DNA of 64,000 bases from an uncultured Actinomycetota bacterium (GTDB taxonomy: Bacteria; Actinomycetota; Actinomycetes; Mycobacteriales; SCTD01). A program made the position numbers and the translations under genes. Below the pieces are notes generated by a model. That model did not search any database, was not told where the DNA came from, and saw only the letters and a list, made by a program, of their open reading frames with translations. The stretch spans positions 680,773-744,772 of the forward strand of contig CAVSEK010000013.1 of NCBI GenBank assembly GCA_963726975.1, written 5' to 3'. How positions within the stretch are numbered: position 1 is the stretch's first letter; every line of letters starts with the position of its first letter. This document shows positions 34,790 through 43,500 of the stretch, piece by piece.

Positions 34790-35238
34790 GCGCGCTGCGC
34801 CGCTGGTACGGCGCGGGCCCCCTGCACCTGCTCAGCCTGCTCGGCTGCTTCGCGCTGGCCGCGGCGGCCGCGCTGCACGTGGTCGACGACCCGCTGCGCC
34901 TGACCTACCTCGCCTGGTTCGTCGGGGCGGTCGTCGCCCACGACCTCGTCCTCTTCCCGGTCTACGCCCTGCTGGACCGCTCGCTCGGGGCGCTGTGGCA
35001 CCGGCGCCGCCGGCCCGTGACGGGCGCGGTCAACCACGTGCGCGTGCCCGCACTGCTGTCCGGGCTGCTGCTGCTCGTCTTCGCGCCGGTGGTGCTGCAG
35101 CGGTCGGAGCCGGCCTACCGGGCCGCCACCGGGCTCTCGCAGGACCCCTACCTCGAGCGCTGGCTGCTCGTGACGGCCGCGCTGTTCCTGGGCTCGGCGC
35201 TCGTCTTCGCCGTCCGCGGCCGCCGCTCCCCCGCCTGA
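34786..35238 (+). CDS. Conserved 4-TM membrane protein coupled to the Mo-oxidoreductase
   Basis: YGAGPLHLL, WFVGAVVAHDLVLFPVY, NHVRVP; ATGA overlap. Confidence 0.75.
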   Translation: MSALRRWYGAGPLHLLSLLGCFALAAAAALHVVDDPLRLTYLAWFVGAVVAHDLVLFPVYALLDRSLGALWHRRRRPVTGAVNHVRVPALLSGLLLLVFAPVVLQRSEPAYRAATGLSQDPYLERWLLVTAALFLGSALVFAVRGRRSPA

Positions 35239-35248
35239 CCCGACGCCC

Positions 35249-35737
35249 GTGCCCTTCCTGCAGGACGAGCTGCGGCTGGCCACCGACGGTCCCGTCCGCT
35301 TCCGCCTGCTGGCCGACCTGGTCTACCAGGGCCGCGACGAGCGCTTCGTCGTGCCGGCCGGCTTCGTCACCGACCTCGCCTCGGTGCCGGAGGCGCTCAC
35401 GTGGCTGACGCCGCGCTACGGCGTGCACACCCGCGCGGCCGTGCTGCACGACCTGCTCACCGAGCGCGCCCGGAGCGGGTCGTTCTCCCGGCGCGACGCC
35501 GACGGCCTGTTCCGCCGGGTGCTCGGTGAGCTCGGGGTGGGGCTGGTGCGCCGCTGGATGATGTGGGCCGCCGTCCGCACCGCGTCGCGGCTGTCGGGGG
35601 CGACGCCGGGAGAGGTGCTGCGCTGGCTGCTCGTCGCGGTGCTGTCGGTGCCCTTCGCGCTGCCGCCGACGGTCCTCGTGCAGCTGTGGCTCTGGGCCTT
35701 CGCGCTCGCCGACCGGGTGGGGCGCCGCAGGCCCTGA
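35249..35737 (+). CDS. DUF1353 domain protein
   Basis: VVPAGFVTDLASVP, AAVLHDLL, RRDADGLF, RRWMMWAAVR. Confidence 0.85.
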   Translation: MPFLQDELRLATDGPVRFRLLADLVYQGRDERFVVPAGFVTDLASVPEALTWLTPRYGVHTRAAVLHDLLTERARSGSFSRRDADGLFRRVLGELGVGLVRRWMMWAAVRTASRLSGATPGEVLRWLLVAVLSVPFALPPTVLVQLWLWAFALADRVGRRRP

Positions 35738-35740
35738 GCC

Positions 35741-36412
35741 CTAGCGACGCGACCGGTCGACCTCGTCGAGCACGCGCCGCATGTCGCGCACCGCCCTCGC
35801 GGTGCCGCGGACGGTGCCGGTGACCTTCGACCGGCCGGTCCGCGGGGCGTACGCCACGTCGACCTCCCGCACCCGCCAGTCGGCCTGCGCGGCGGCCAGC
35901 ACCATCTCCAGCGGGTAGCCGAACCGCCGGTCCTGCAGGTCCAGGGCGAGCAGGGCGCTGCGGCGGCAGGCCCGCATCGGCCCGAGGTCGTGCAGGGCGT
36001 ACGGCGTGCGGCGCCGCAGCGAGCGGGCCACGGCGGCGTTGCCGAGCCGGGCGTGGGGCGGCCACGCGCCCGGGGTCGTCGGTCTGCGCCGTCCGAGGAC
36101 GAGGTCGGCCTCGCCCGCGAGCACCGGGTCGGCGACGCGCGGCAGCTCCTGCGGGTCGAGCGACCCGTCGGCGTCGAGGAAGCAGACGACGTCGTCAGCA
36201 GGGTCGGCCGCGAGCAGCCCGGCGTGGCACGCCGCGCCGAACCCGCGCGGCGACGCCGGCACGACGAGCGCGCCGTGCGCCCGGGCGACCTCCGGCGAGC
36301 CGTCCGTCGAGCCGTTGTCGGCGACCACGGCGCGGTAGCCCGCGGGCAGCCGCGAGAGCACCCACGGCAGCGCCGCCGCCTCGTCCAAGCAGGGCAGGAC
36401 GACGTCAGGCAC
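35741..36412 (-). CDS. GT2 glycosyltransferase (polyprenol-phosphate-sugar synthase-like)
   Basis: VVLPCLDEA, VADNGSTDGS, RGFGAAC, FLDADGS, DLGPMRA, SKVTGT. Confidence 0.9.
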   Translation of the reverse strand: MPDVVLPCLDEAAALPWVLSRLPAGYRAVVADNGSTDGSPEVARAHGALVVPASPRGFGAACHAGLLAADPADDVVCFLDADGSLDPQELPRVADPVLAGEADLVLGRRRPTTPGAWPPHARLGNAAVARSLRRRTPYALHDLGPMRACRRSALLALDLQDRRFGYPLEMVLAAAQADWRVREVDVAYAPRTGRSKVTGTVRGTARAVRDMRRVLDEVDRSRR

Positions 36413-37451
36413 GGTCGCCGCGCAGCGGGGCCGTCGCGAACTCGCGCATCCCGTCGGCGAACCCGACCTGCGCGCGGAAGCCGAGCTCGCGCGCGGCCCG
36501 CTCGGGGCTCGCGACGACGTGCCGCACGTCGCCGAGGCGGTACTGCCCCGTCACGACCGGCGCCGGACCGTCCGCCGCGATCGCGGTCGCGACGTCGGCG
36601 ATGGTGTGCGGCGTGCCGCTGGAGACGTTGTAGGCCGTGAGCGACCCCGGGGTGCCGGAGGCCGTGAGCGCCCGCAGGTTCGCCTGGGCGACGTCGCGCA
36701 CGTGCACGAAGTCGCGCTGCTGCCCGCCGTCCTCGTAGACCCGCGGCGCCTCGCCGCGGGCGACCGCGCTGCGGAACAGGCTCGCGACCCCGGCGTACGG
36801 GGTGTCGCGCGGCATGTGCGGGCCGTAGACGTTGTGGTAGCGCAGCGCGAGGCAGCTGCCGCCGCTCTGCCGCGCCCAGGACGCCGCGAGGTGCTCCTGC
36901 GCCGTCTTGGTGGCCGCGTAGACGCTGCGCGGGTCGACGGGCGCGTCCTCCGGCACGAGCCCCCAGGCGAGGTCGCGGCCGCACACAGGGCACGGCGGCT
37001 CCCAGCGACCGGCGTCGAGGTCGGCCTGCGCGCGCGGGAGCGGCCGGACGACGCCGTGCTCGGGGCAGGTGTAGCGGCCCTCGCCGTAGACGACCATCGA
37101 GCTGGCCAGCACCAGGCGACCGGTGCCCTCCCGGTCCATGGCCGCCAGCACCTCGGCGGTCCCCAGCTCGTTGACGCCGACGTAGAGCGGCAGGTCCTGC
37201 AGGTCGAGCCCGAGACCCACGACCGCCGCCTGGTGGCACACCGCGTCGATCCCGTCGAGGACGCCGTCGGGCAGCGCCCGCACGTCGCCGTGGACCCGCT
37301 CCGCGCGCCCGTCGAGGTGCTCCGGCCAGCCGCCCGGGTGCACCTCGGGGAGCAGCGCGTCGAGGACGCGCACCTCGTGGCCGTCGTCGAGCAGCGCCTC
37401 GACCACGTGCCCGCCGATGAAGCCGGCGCCGCCGGTGACCAGGACCCTCAC
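36405..37451 (-). CDS. NAD-dependent epimerase/dehydratase with Cys/His insert
   Basis: VTGGAGFIG, ASSMVVYGEG, CPEHG...CPVCG insert, YAATK, LRYHNVYGP, RDFVHVRD. Confidence 0.9.
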   Translation of the reverse strand: MRVLVTGGAGFIGGHVVEALLDDGHEVRVLDALLPEVHPGGWPEHLDGRAERVHGDVRALPDGVLDGIDAVCHQAAVVGLGLDLQDLPLYVGVNELGTAEVLAAMDREGTGRLVLASSMVVYGEGRYTCPEHGVVRPLPRAQADLDAGRWEPPCPVCGRDLAWGLVPEDAPVDPRSVYAATKTAQEHLAASWARQSGGSCLALRYHNVYGPHMPRDTPYAGVASLFRSAVARGEAPRVYEDGGQQRDFVHVRDVAQANLRALTASGTPGSLTAYNVSSGTPHTIADVATAIAADGPAPVVTGQYRLGDVRHVVASPERAARELGFRAQVGFADGMREFATAPLRGDRA

Positions 37452-37538
37452 CGGGCGAGCCTGCCACGGCGCGCCGTGGCCGCCCACGTGGGGCAGGCTG
37501 GGGCCGGAGCGCGCCGCGGGGCGCGGAGCGGAGGAACG

Positions 37539-38135
37539 GTGGACGCGGCGAGCGCAGGGGACCTGCCCGACCGGGACGACGTCGTGGGCTGGCCGGGGCG
37601 CGCGGTCGTCGACCCGGCCGGCAACGCCGTCGGCCGCTGCCGCGCCGTCTACGCCGACGACGACAGCGGTGACCCGCGCTGGCTGGTCGTCGACCTCGAC
37701 GACGGGCTGTCGCCCTTCGTCCCGCTGGCCGGGGCGACCCGCTCCGGGGAGCGGGTCGTCGTCGCCCACCGGCAGGAGCGCGTGGTCGGCGCGCCCGTGG
37801 TGCCGGACACCGGGCAGCTGCGGCCGGAGCAGGAGGCCGAGCTCTACGAGCACTACGGCGTCGCCTACGCGCGCCCGTCCGACGGCAGCTCGCCCGCGCC
37901 GACCGGGCGCCCCTCCTCCCCCGCGCCCGGCGCAGCCACCGCACCGGCCCCCGAGCCCGGCCCGGCCCCGGTCCACGCGCCGCTCGTGCCGCGCGGCCCC
38001 GACCCGGGGTCGGCGCCCTCGGCAGCGCCGCCCGACGCCGGACCCGGCCGCCGCTCCCGCCTGCTGCTCGTCGCCGCGGTGGTGCTGGGCGTGCTGGTGC
38101 TGCGCCGGCGGCGCCGGGTCCCGCGCACTGGCTAG
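37539..38135 (+). CDS. PRC-barrel domain protein with C-terminal TM anchor
   Basis: VVDPAGNAVG...VYADDDSGDPRWLVV...FVPL...EQEAELYEHYG; RBS GAGGA. Confidence 0.75.
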   Translation: MDAASAGDLPDRDDVVGWPGRAVVDPAGNAVGRCRAVYADDDSGDPRWLVVDLDDGLSPFVPLAGATRSGERVVVAHRQERVVGAPVVPDTGQLRPEQEAELYEHYGVAYARPSDGSSPAPTGRPSSPAPGAATAPAPEPGPAPVHAPLVPRGPDPGSAPSAAPPDAGPGRRSRLLLVAAVVLGVLVLRRRRRVPRTG

Positions 38136-38145
38136 CCTCGCCCGG

Positions 38146-39432
38146 GTGACCGCTCCGGCCTCCGACCTGTCCCTCGGCGACGACCTCCGCGCGTTCGTCG
38201 ACGCCTCCCCGTCGCCGACGCACGCGGTGGCAGAGGTCGTCCGGCGGCTGTCGGCGTCCGGGTTCCGCGCGCTCGACGAGCGCGACCTCTGGTCTCTGAC
38301 GCCCGGCGACGCCCGCTTCGTCGTGCGCGACGGCGGCAGCGTGGTCGCGTTCCGCGTCGGCACCGCCCCGGTCGCCGAGGCCGGGCTGCGGCTGGTCGGC
38401 GCGCACACCGACTCGCCGACGTTCAAGGTCCGCCCGCGCTGGGACGTGCGCCGGGCCGGCTACCGCCAGGTCGGGGTCGAGCCGTACGGCGGTCTGCTCG
38501 CCCACACCTGGCTCGACCGCGAGCTGACCGTCGCCGGGCGCCTCGTCGTCCGGGGCGGCGCCGTCGTGCCGGTGGTGCTGCCCGGCGCCCCGCTGCGGCT
38601 GCCGTCGCTGGCGATCCACCTGGACCGCAGCGTCCGGGAGGGCCTGACCCTCGACCCGCAGCGCCACCTCGTGCCGCTGTGGGGGCCGGAGCTGTCCAGC
38701 GAGCCCGGGCTGCTCGAGGCGCTGGCCGACGCCGCGGGGGTCGACGTCGGCGACGTGGTCGGCCACGACCTCGTGCTCGCCGACCCGCTGCCCGCGGCCC
38801 GGACCGGCTCCGACGGGACGTGGGTCGCTGCGCCGCGCCTGGACGACCTGGCCTGCTGCCACTCGGGGACGGCCGCGCTGCTGGCGGCGCAGGTGGCCGC
38901 GCACACCCAGGTGCTGGTCGCCAACGACCACGAGGAGGTCGGCAGCGGCTCCGCCGAGGGCGCCCGCGGGTCCTTCCTCGCCGACGTGCTCGCCCGCCTC
39001 GTCGCGGCCACCGGCGACCCGGACGCTCAGGCGGTGCACCGGGCCGTCGCGCGGTCGCGGCTGGTGTCGGCCGACATGGCCCACGCCGTGCACCCCAACC
39101 ACGCCGAGCGGCACGAGCCGATGCACGCGCCCGCCCTCGGGGGCGGCCCCGTCCTCAAGCTCAACGCCAACCAGTCGTACGCCACCGACGCCGTCTCGGG
39201 CGGCTGGTTCGCCGAGCGGTGCGCCGGCGCGGGCGTGCCGGTGCAGCACTTCGTCACCCGTGCCGACCTGCCGTGCGGCTCGACGATCGGGCCGCTCACC
39301 GCCACGCGGCTGGGGATCGCGACGGTCGACGTGGGCGCGCCGATGCTCGCGATGCACTCGTGCCGCGAGGTGGCGTCGGCGCTCGACGTCCCGCTCATGG
39401 TGCGCGCGCTGACCGCCTGCCTGCAGGACTGA
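38146..39432 (+). CDS. M18 family (aspartyl) aminopeptidase
   Basis: ASPSPTHAV, GAHTDSP, WLDREL, RLDDL, DHEEVGS, SADMAHAVHPN, CGSTIGP, LAMHS. Confidence 0.93.
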   Translation: MTAPASDLSLGDDLRAFVDASPSPTHAVAEVVRRLSASGFRALDERDLWSLTPGDARFVVRDGGSVVAFRVGTAPVAEAGLRLVGAHTDSPTFKVRPRWDVRRAGYRQVGVEPYGGLLAHTWLDRELTVAGRLVVRGGAVVPVVLPGAPLRLPSLAIHLDRSVREGLTLDPQRHLVPLWGPELSSEPGLLEALADAAGVDVGDVVGHDLVLADPLPAARTGSDGTWVAAPRLDDLACCHSGTAALLAAQVAAHTQVLVANDHEEVGSGSAEGARGSFLADVLARLVAATGDPDAQAVHRAVARSRLVSADMAHAVHPNHAERHEPMHAPALGGGPVLKLNANQSYATDAVSGGWFAERCAGAGVPVQHFVTRADLPCGSTIGPLTATRLGIATVDVGAPMLAMHSCREVASALDVPLMVRALTACLQD

Positions 39433-39441
39433 GCCGGCCGC

Positions 39442-39954
39442 TCACCGGCTGACGGCGGCGACCACCCGGGCGTACGCCTCGTCGGCGACCGCGACGAGCT
39501 CGTCGTCGGTGCGGTCCTGCACGGGGTGCGGCACGAAGACGCAGGCGGCCGGGAAGCCCAGCGACGCGCTCTGGGCGGCGACGGCGTCGACGAAGACGCT
39601 GCTGGCGAGGAACACCCCCACCACGCCGCGGCGCTCGAGGTCGGCGATGTCGTGCACACTGCACGACGTGCACGAGCCTCAATCGGCGAGCGCCTCGATG
39701 ACCACCTCGCACTGCTCGGCGATCTCGTGCCGCAGGTCGACCGGCGCGGGTCGGGCGAAGGTCGGCTTGCGGTAGCGGCGGACCAGCGCGCCGTCGCGCT
39801 CGAGCAGCTCGGCGAGCCGGTCGAGCACGACGTCGCCGCGGGCCTTGCTGATGTCGAGCAGGCCGACGCGGCGGCCGGCGAGCCCGTCGGGCCGGGGCAG
39901 CAGCCCGCGCTGCGCCGGACGCTGCTCCCCTGTCGGGTCGAGCACGACGGTCAT
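39442..39954 (-). CDS. UGSC-family selenoprotein (in-frame TGA = Sec at 39679-39681)
   Basis: Upstream ORF ends IEALAD-TGA and the same frame continues GSCTSCSVHDIADLERRG...FVPHPVQDRT to the stop at 39442; SECIS-like hairpin after the TGA. Confidence 0.88.
39649..39667 (-). promoter_or_regulatory. Bacterial SECIS element
   Basis: GUCGUGCA-GUG-UGCACGAC perfect 8-bp stem with a G-containing apical loop, starting after an 11-nt spacer 3' of the UGA. Confidence 0.75.
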
Positions 39955-41345
39955 CCCCGCACCTCCCTCGTCACGGGCACGCTGCCCGACTCACCGCTCA
40001 CCCAGCCGCCGACGACGGCGCTGAACAGCCCGGCGTCGCCGCCCGCGTGCACGACCAGCAGCCCGCCGGGGCGGAACTTGGGCAGGTCGACGCCGGCGTA
40101 CGCCTCCGGCACGCCCTCGGCGTTGCCGCCCGCGCCGCGCGCGATCTCGTCCGCCGGCAGCACCAGCAGCGCCTCGAGCTCGGCGACCAGGCGCGCCCGG
40201 TCCCACCCGGCCTCGCGGAAGACCCGGCCGTGCTCGGGCGACACCACGAGCAGGGCGTCGAAGGCCATCGGCAGCTTGGGGTGGCCGGTGACCCGCAGGC
40301 AGGCCGCGAACGAGCGCGCCAGCGACCCGGGGTCGCGGCTCAGCTGGTCGACGACCGGCTGCACCCCCGCGCCGGCGAACACGGTCACGGCGTCCCCGGG
40401 CACGCCGCGGTCCTGCGCCAGCGGCGCGAACGGGCTGTCGGCCTCGCGCTCGGCGAAGCAGAAGGTGTACTTGCCGGGGTTGCCGAGCACCGCCCGGTCC
40501 ACCTCACCGGGCCGTCCGCCGCCGACGTTGCGCACGACCAGCTGCAGCGCCCTGCCGATCGTCGCGTTGGCCCGGTTGCCCTGCCCGAGCGCGTTGACGC
40601 CGCTGTTCATCCCCACGCGGCGGGCGACGGGACCGTTGACGACGACGACCGGTCCGGAGAAGTACGTCGTGGCGAGCAGCCCGTGCAGCGCGAACGGCTC
40701 GGCGCAGGCCGCCTCGACCGCCGCGAGCACGACCGGCAGGTGCTCGGGCAGGCAGCCGGCGAGCACGGCGTTGACCGCGACCTTCTCGACCGTGCAGGGC
40801 ACGAGGTCCGGCGGCACGACGGCGACGACCTCCTGCGGGTCGCGGGTCGTCCCGCGCAGCATGCGCAGCACCCGCTCGGGCGTGGGAGGGACGACCGGCA
40901 GCCCGTCGGTCCAGCCCCGGTCGTACGCCGCCTCGTGCTCGTCCTCGGCGCTGGCCAGCTCGACCCGCCGGCTGACCAGCCCGTCGCCGTAGCGCGCCTC
41001 GAGCGCGTCGACCCGGTCCGGGTCGACCGACAGGGACCCGCAGCCGGGCCGGTGCTCGGGCAGGTCCTCGCCGAGCCCCTCGCGCCCGGTGAGCTCCTGC
41101 CACTGCTCGCGGCTCCAGCCGACCACCCGGGCGCGCTCCTGCCCGCCCTCGACCCGCAGCAGCGTCGGCACGGTCTCCACGCCGAGGCGCCACGACAGCT
41201 CGAGCGAGGTGTCGTCGCCGTCGAACCACTCCGGGTCGTCCTGGCACCACACCCGGGCGCCGAGGCCGCGCAGCACCGGCTCGACGAGCACGCAGGTCGG
41301 GCAGTCGCGCTTGACGACGGCGACGAGTCCGTCGGGCAGCTCCAC
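39951..41345 (-). CDS. Thioredoxin-like (CxxC) domain fused to an uncharacterised WTDGLPVVPPT domain (UGSC partner)
   Basis: VKRDCPTC, VETVPTL, RPGCGS, GWTDGLPVVPPTPERV, TVEKVAVNAVLAGC, NRANATIGRA; ATGA overlap with the UGSC gene. Confidence 0.85.
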   Translation of the reverse strand: MELPDGLVAVVKRDCPTCVLVEPVLRGLGARVWCQDDPEWFDGDDTSLELSWRLGVETVPTLLRVEGGQERARVVGWSREQWQELTGREGLGEDLPEHRPGCGSLSVDPDRVDALEARYGDGLVSRRVELASAEDEHEAAYDRGWTDGLPVVPPTPERVLRMLRGTTRDPQEVVAVVPPDLVPCTVEKVAVNAVLAGCLPEHLPVVLAAVEAACAEPFALHGLLATTYFSGPVVVVNGPVARRVGMNSGVNALGQGNRANATIGRALQLVVRNVGGGRPGEVDRAVLGNPGKYTFCFAEREADSPFAPLAQDRGVPGDAVTVFAGAGVQPVVDQLSRDPGSLARSFAACLRVTGHPKLPMAFDALLVVSPEHGRVFREAGWDRARLVAELEALLVLPADEIARGAGGNAEGVPEAYAGVDLPKFRPGGLLVVHAGGDAGLFSAVVGGWVSGESGSVPVTREVRG

Positions 41346-41447
41346 GGCCGGACGCTACCGCGGCAGGTGAGGTGGGACGCGCAGCCGGGAAGGGCTCCGG
41401 GCGACGAGGCGGGCCGCCGGCCGCCCAGGACGGACGGAGGACCGACC

Positions 41448-42416
41448 GTGACCCGGTTCGGCTACACGATGATGACCGAGCAGAGCCGCCCCGACCAGCT
41501 CGTGCGCGACCTGCAGGCGGCCGAGGAGGCGGGCTTCGACTTCTCGGTGATCTCCGACCACTACAACCCGTGGCTGGAGTCGCAGGGCCACGCGGGCTAC
41601 GCCTGGTCGATCCTCGGCGCCGCGGCGCAGGCGACCTCGCGGATCCCGCTGATGACGTACGTGACCTGCCCGACCCTGCGCTACCACCCGGCGGTCGTGG
41701 CGCAGAAGGCGGCGACCATGGGCATCCTGTCCGGCGGCCGGTTCCGGCTCGGGCTCGGCGCCGGGGAGAACCTCAACGAGCACGTCGTCGGCAAGCGGCT
41801 GGCCGGCCGTCGGCGTGCGCCACGAGATGCTGTCCGAGGCGGTCGACATCATCACGGCGCTGCTCGACGGGGAGCACGTCAACTACCGCGGCAAGCACTT
41901 CGACGTCGAGAGCGCGAAGCTCTGGGACCTGCCCGACGAGCGCGTGCCGATCGGCATCGCGGTGTCGGGGCAGCGGTCCTGCGACCTGGCCGGCCGCAAG
42001 GCCGACCTCATGATCGCGACCGAGCCGGAGCCGGAGCTCGGCGAGATGTTCGACGCCGCGGGCGGGGCGGGCAAGCCGCGGGTCGGCCAGATCGCCGTCT
42101 GCTACGACCCCGACCGCGACGCCGCCGTGCAGACGGGCGCACGAGCAGTTCCGCTGGTTCGGGCTGGGCTGGAAGGTCAACGCCGACCTGCCGGGCCCGT
42201 CGTCGTTCGAGGCGGCGACGCAGTTCGTCACGCCGGAGCAGGTCGGCGAGCAGCTGCCCTGCGGCGCGGACGTGCAGGAGTACGTCGAGAAGATCAAGCC
42301 GTTCGTCGAGGCGGGCTTCACCGAGGTCGCGCTGGTGCAGATCGGCGCCGAGCGGCCAGGCGGAGTTCTTCCGCTGGGCGCAGGCCGAGCTGCTGCCGGC
42401 GCTGAGGGAGCTGTAG
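41448..42416 (+). CDS. F420-dependent LLM-class oxidoreductase (TIGR03557/G6PDH-F420-like), frameshifted
   Basis: FGYTMMTEQ, ISDHYNPW, VTCPTLRYHPAVVAQ, LGLGAGENLNEH. Confidence 0.88.
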   Translation: MTRFGYTMMTEQSRPDQLVRDLQAAEEAGFDFSVISDHYNPWLESQGHAGYAWSILGAAAQATSRIPLMTYVTCPTLRYHPAVVAQKAATMGILSGGRFRLGLGAGENLNEHVVGKRLAGRRRAPRDAVRGGRHHHGAARRGARQLPRQALRRREREALGPARRARADRHRGVGAAVLRPGRPQGRPHDRDRAGAGARRDVRRRGRGGQAAGRPDRRLLRPRPRRRRADGRTSSSAGSGWAGRSTPTCRARRRSRRRRSSSRRSRSASSCPAARTCRSTSRRSSRSSRRASPRSRWCRSAPSGQAEFFRWAQAELLPALREL

Positions 42417-42422
42417 CCGAGG

Positions 42423-42477
42423 CCCCTGCGTCCGCCCCGCGCGGGCACGCTCACCGCGTGTCGGGCGGACGCAGGGG
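42423..42477. terminator. Long inverted repeat between convergent genes
   Basis: CCCCTGCGTCCGCCC...GGGCGGACGCAGGGG 15-bp arms. Confidence 0.75.
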
Positions 42478-42479
42478 GC

Positions 42480-43481
42480 TCAGACCTCCTGCGCCTGCCT
42501 CGCCAGGGCGGTGAGCCGCGAGACCGCGCGCTGGTACTTCTTGCGGTAGCCGCCGGACAGCAGCTCGTCGGGGAACAGCCGGTCCAGCGGCACGCCGCTG
42601 GTCACCAGCGGCACGTCGCGGTCGTACAGCCGGTCGGCGAGCACGACCAGGCGCAGCGCGGCGGACTGGTCGTCCACGGGGTGCACGCCGACGAGCCCGA
42701 CCAGCGGCACGTCGTCGACGAGCGCGCCGTAGCGCGAGGGGTGCAGCTGCGACAGGTGCTGCAGCAACCCGTCGAAGTCGTCGCAGGAGGCCCCGTCGAC
42801 AGCGGTCGTGCGCTGCGCCACCTCGCCGTCGTCGACGGGTGCGGGCGCCTCCGGGAGGCCGCGGTGGCGGTAGTCCTCGCCGTCGACGCGCAGCGGCGCG
42901 AAGTGCGACGACAGCCCCTGGATCTCGCGCAGGAAGTCCTGCGCGGCGAAGCGCCCCTCCCCGAGCGAGCCGGGCAGCGTGTTGGAGGTCGCCGCGACGT
43001 GCACGCCGGCGTCGACGAGCTTGCCGAGCAGCGTCGAGACCAGCACCGTGTCGCCCGGGTCGTCGAGCTCGAACTCGTCGATCGCGAGCAGCCGGTGCTG
43101 CGACAGCGCCTCGACCGTGCCCGCGAAGCCCAGCGCGCCGACCAGGTGCGTCAGCTCGACGAAGGTGGCGTACGCCTTGGGCGCCGGTGCGGCGTGCCAG
43201 AGGGCCGTGAGCAGGTGGGTCTTGCCCACGCCGAAGCCGCCGTCGAGGTAGACGCCCGCCGGCCCGCGTGGCTGCGCCCGCCCGAGCAGGCGCCGCCGCG
43301 GCGGCTCGAGGGTGCCGGCGAACTCCTGCAGCGCCTGGACGGCAGCGGCCTGCGAGGGCTGGCCGGGGTCGGGGTCGTACGTGTCGAAGCGCGCCCGGTC
43401 GAAGCGCGGCGGCGGCACCAGGCCGGCCACGAGCGTGTCGACCGGCACCTGCGGGTCCCGGTCGACCAGCGACAGCGGCAT
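42480..43481 (-). CDS. zapE: Cell division ATPase ZapE (AFG1 family)
   Basis: YLDGGFGVGKTHL, IDEFELDDPGDT, ATSNTLP, DYRHR, RAVSRL. Confidence 0.92.
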   Translation of the reverse strand: MPLSLVDRDPQVPVDTLVAGLVPPPRFDRARFDTYDPDPGQPSQAAAVQALQEFAGTLEPPRRRLLGRAQPRGPAGVYLDGGFGVGKTHLLTALWHAAPAPKAYATFVELTHLVGALGFAGTVEALSQHRLLAIDEFELDDPGDTVLVSTLLGKLVDAGVHVAATSNTLPGSLGEGRFAAQDFLREIQGLSSHFAPLRVDGEDYRHRGLPEAPAPVDDGEVAQRTTAVDGASCDDFDGLLQHLSQLHPSRYGALVDDVPLVGLVGVHPVDDQSAALRLVVLADRLYDRDVPLVTSGVPLDRLFPDELLSGGYRKKYQRAVSRLTALARQAQEV

Positions 43482-43500
43482 GCGGCGGGAGCTCCCGGCC

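Noticed and set aside
32074-36412. Complete arsenosugar biosynthesis cluster
   Set aside because: No ArsS-type radical SAM (CxxxCxxC) gene, and the methyltransferase does not look like ArsM
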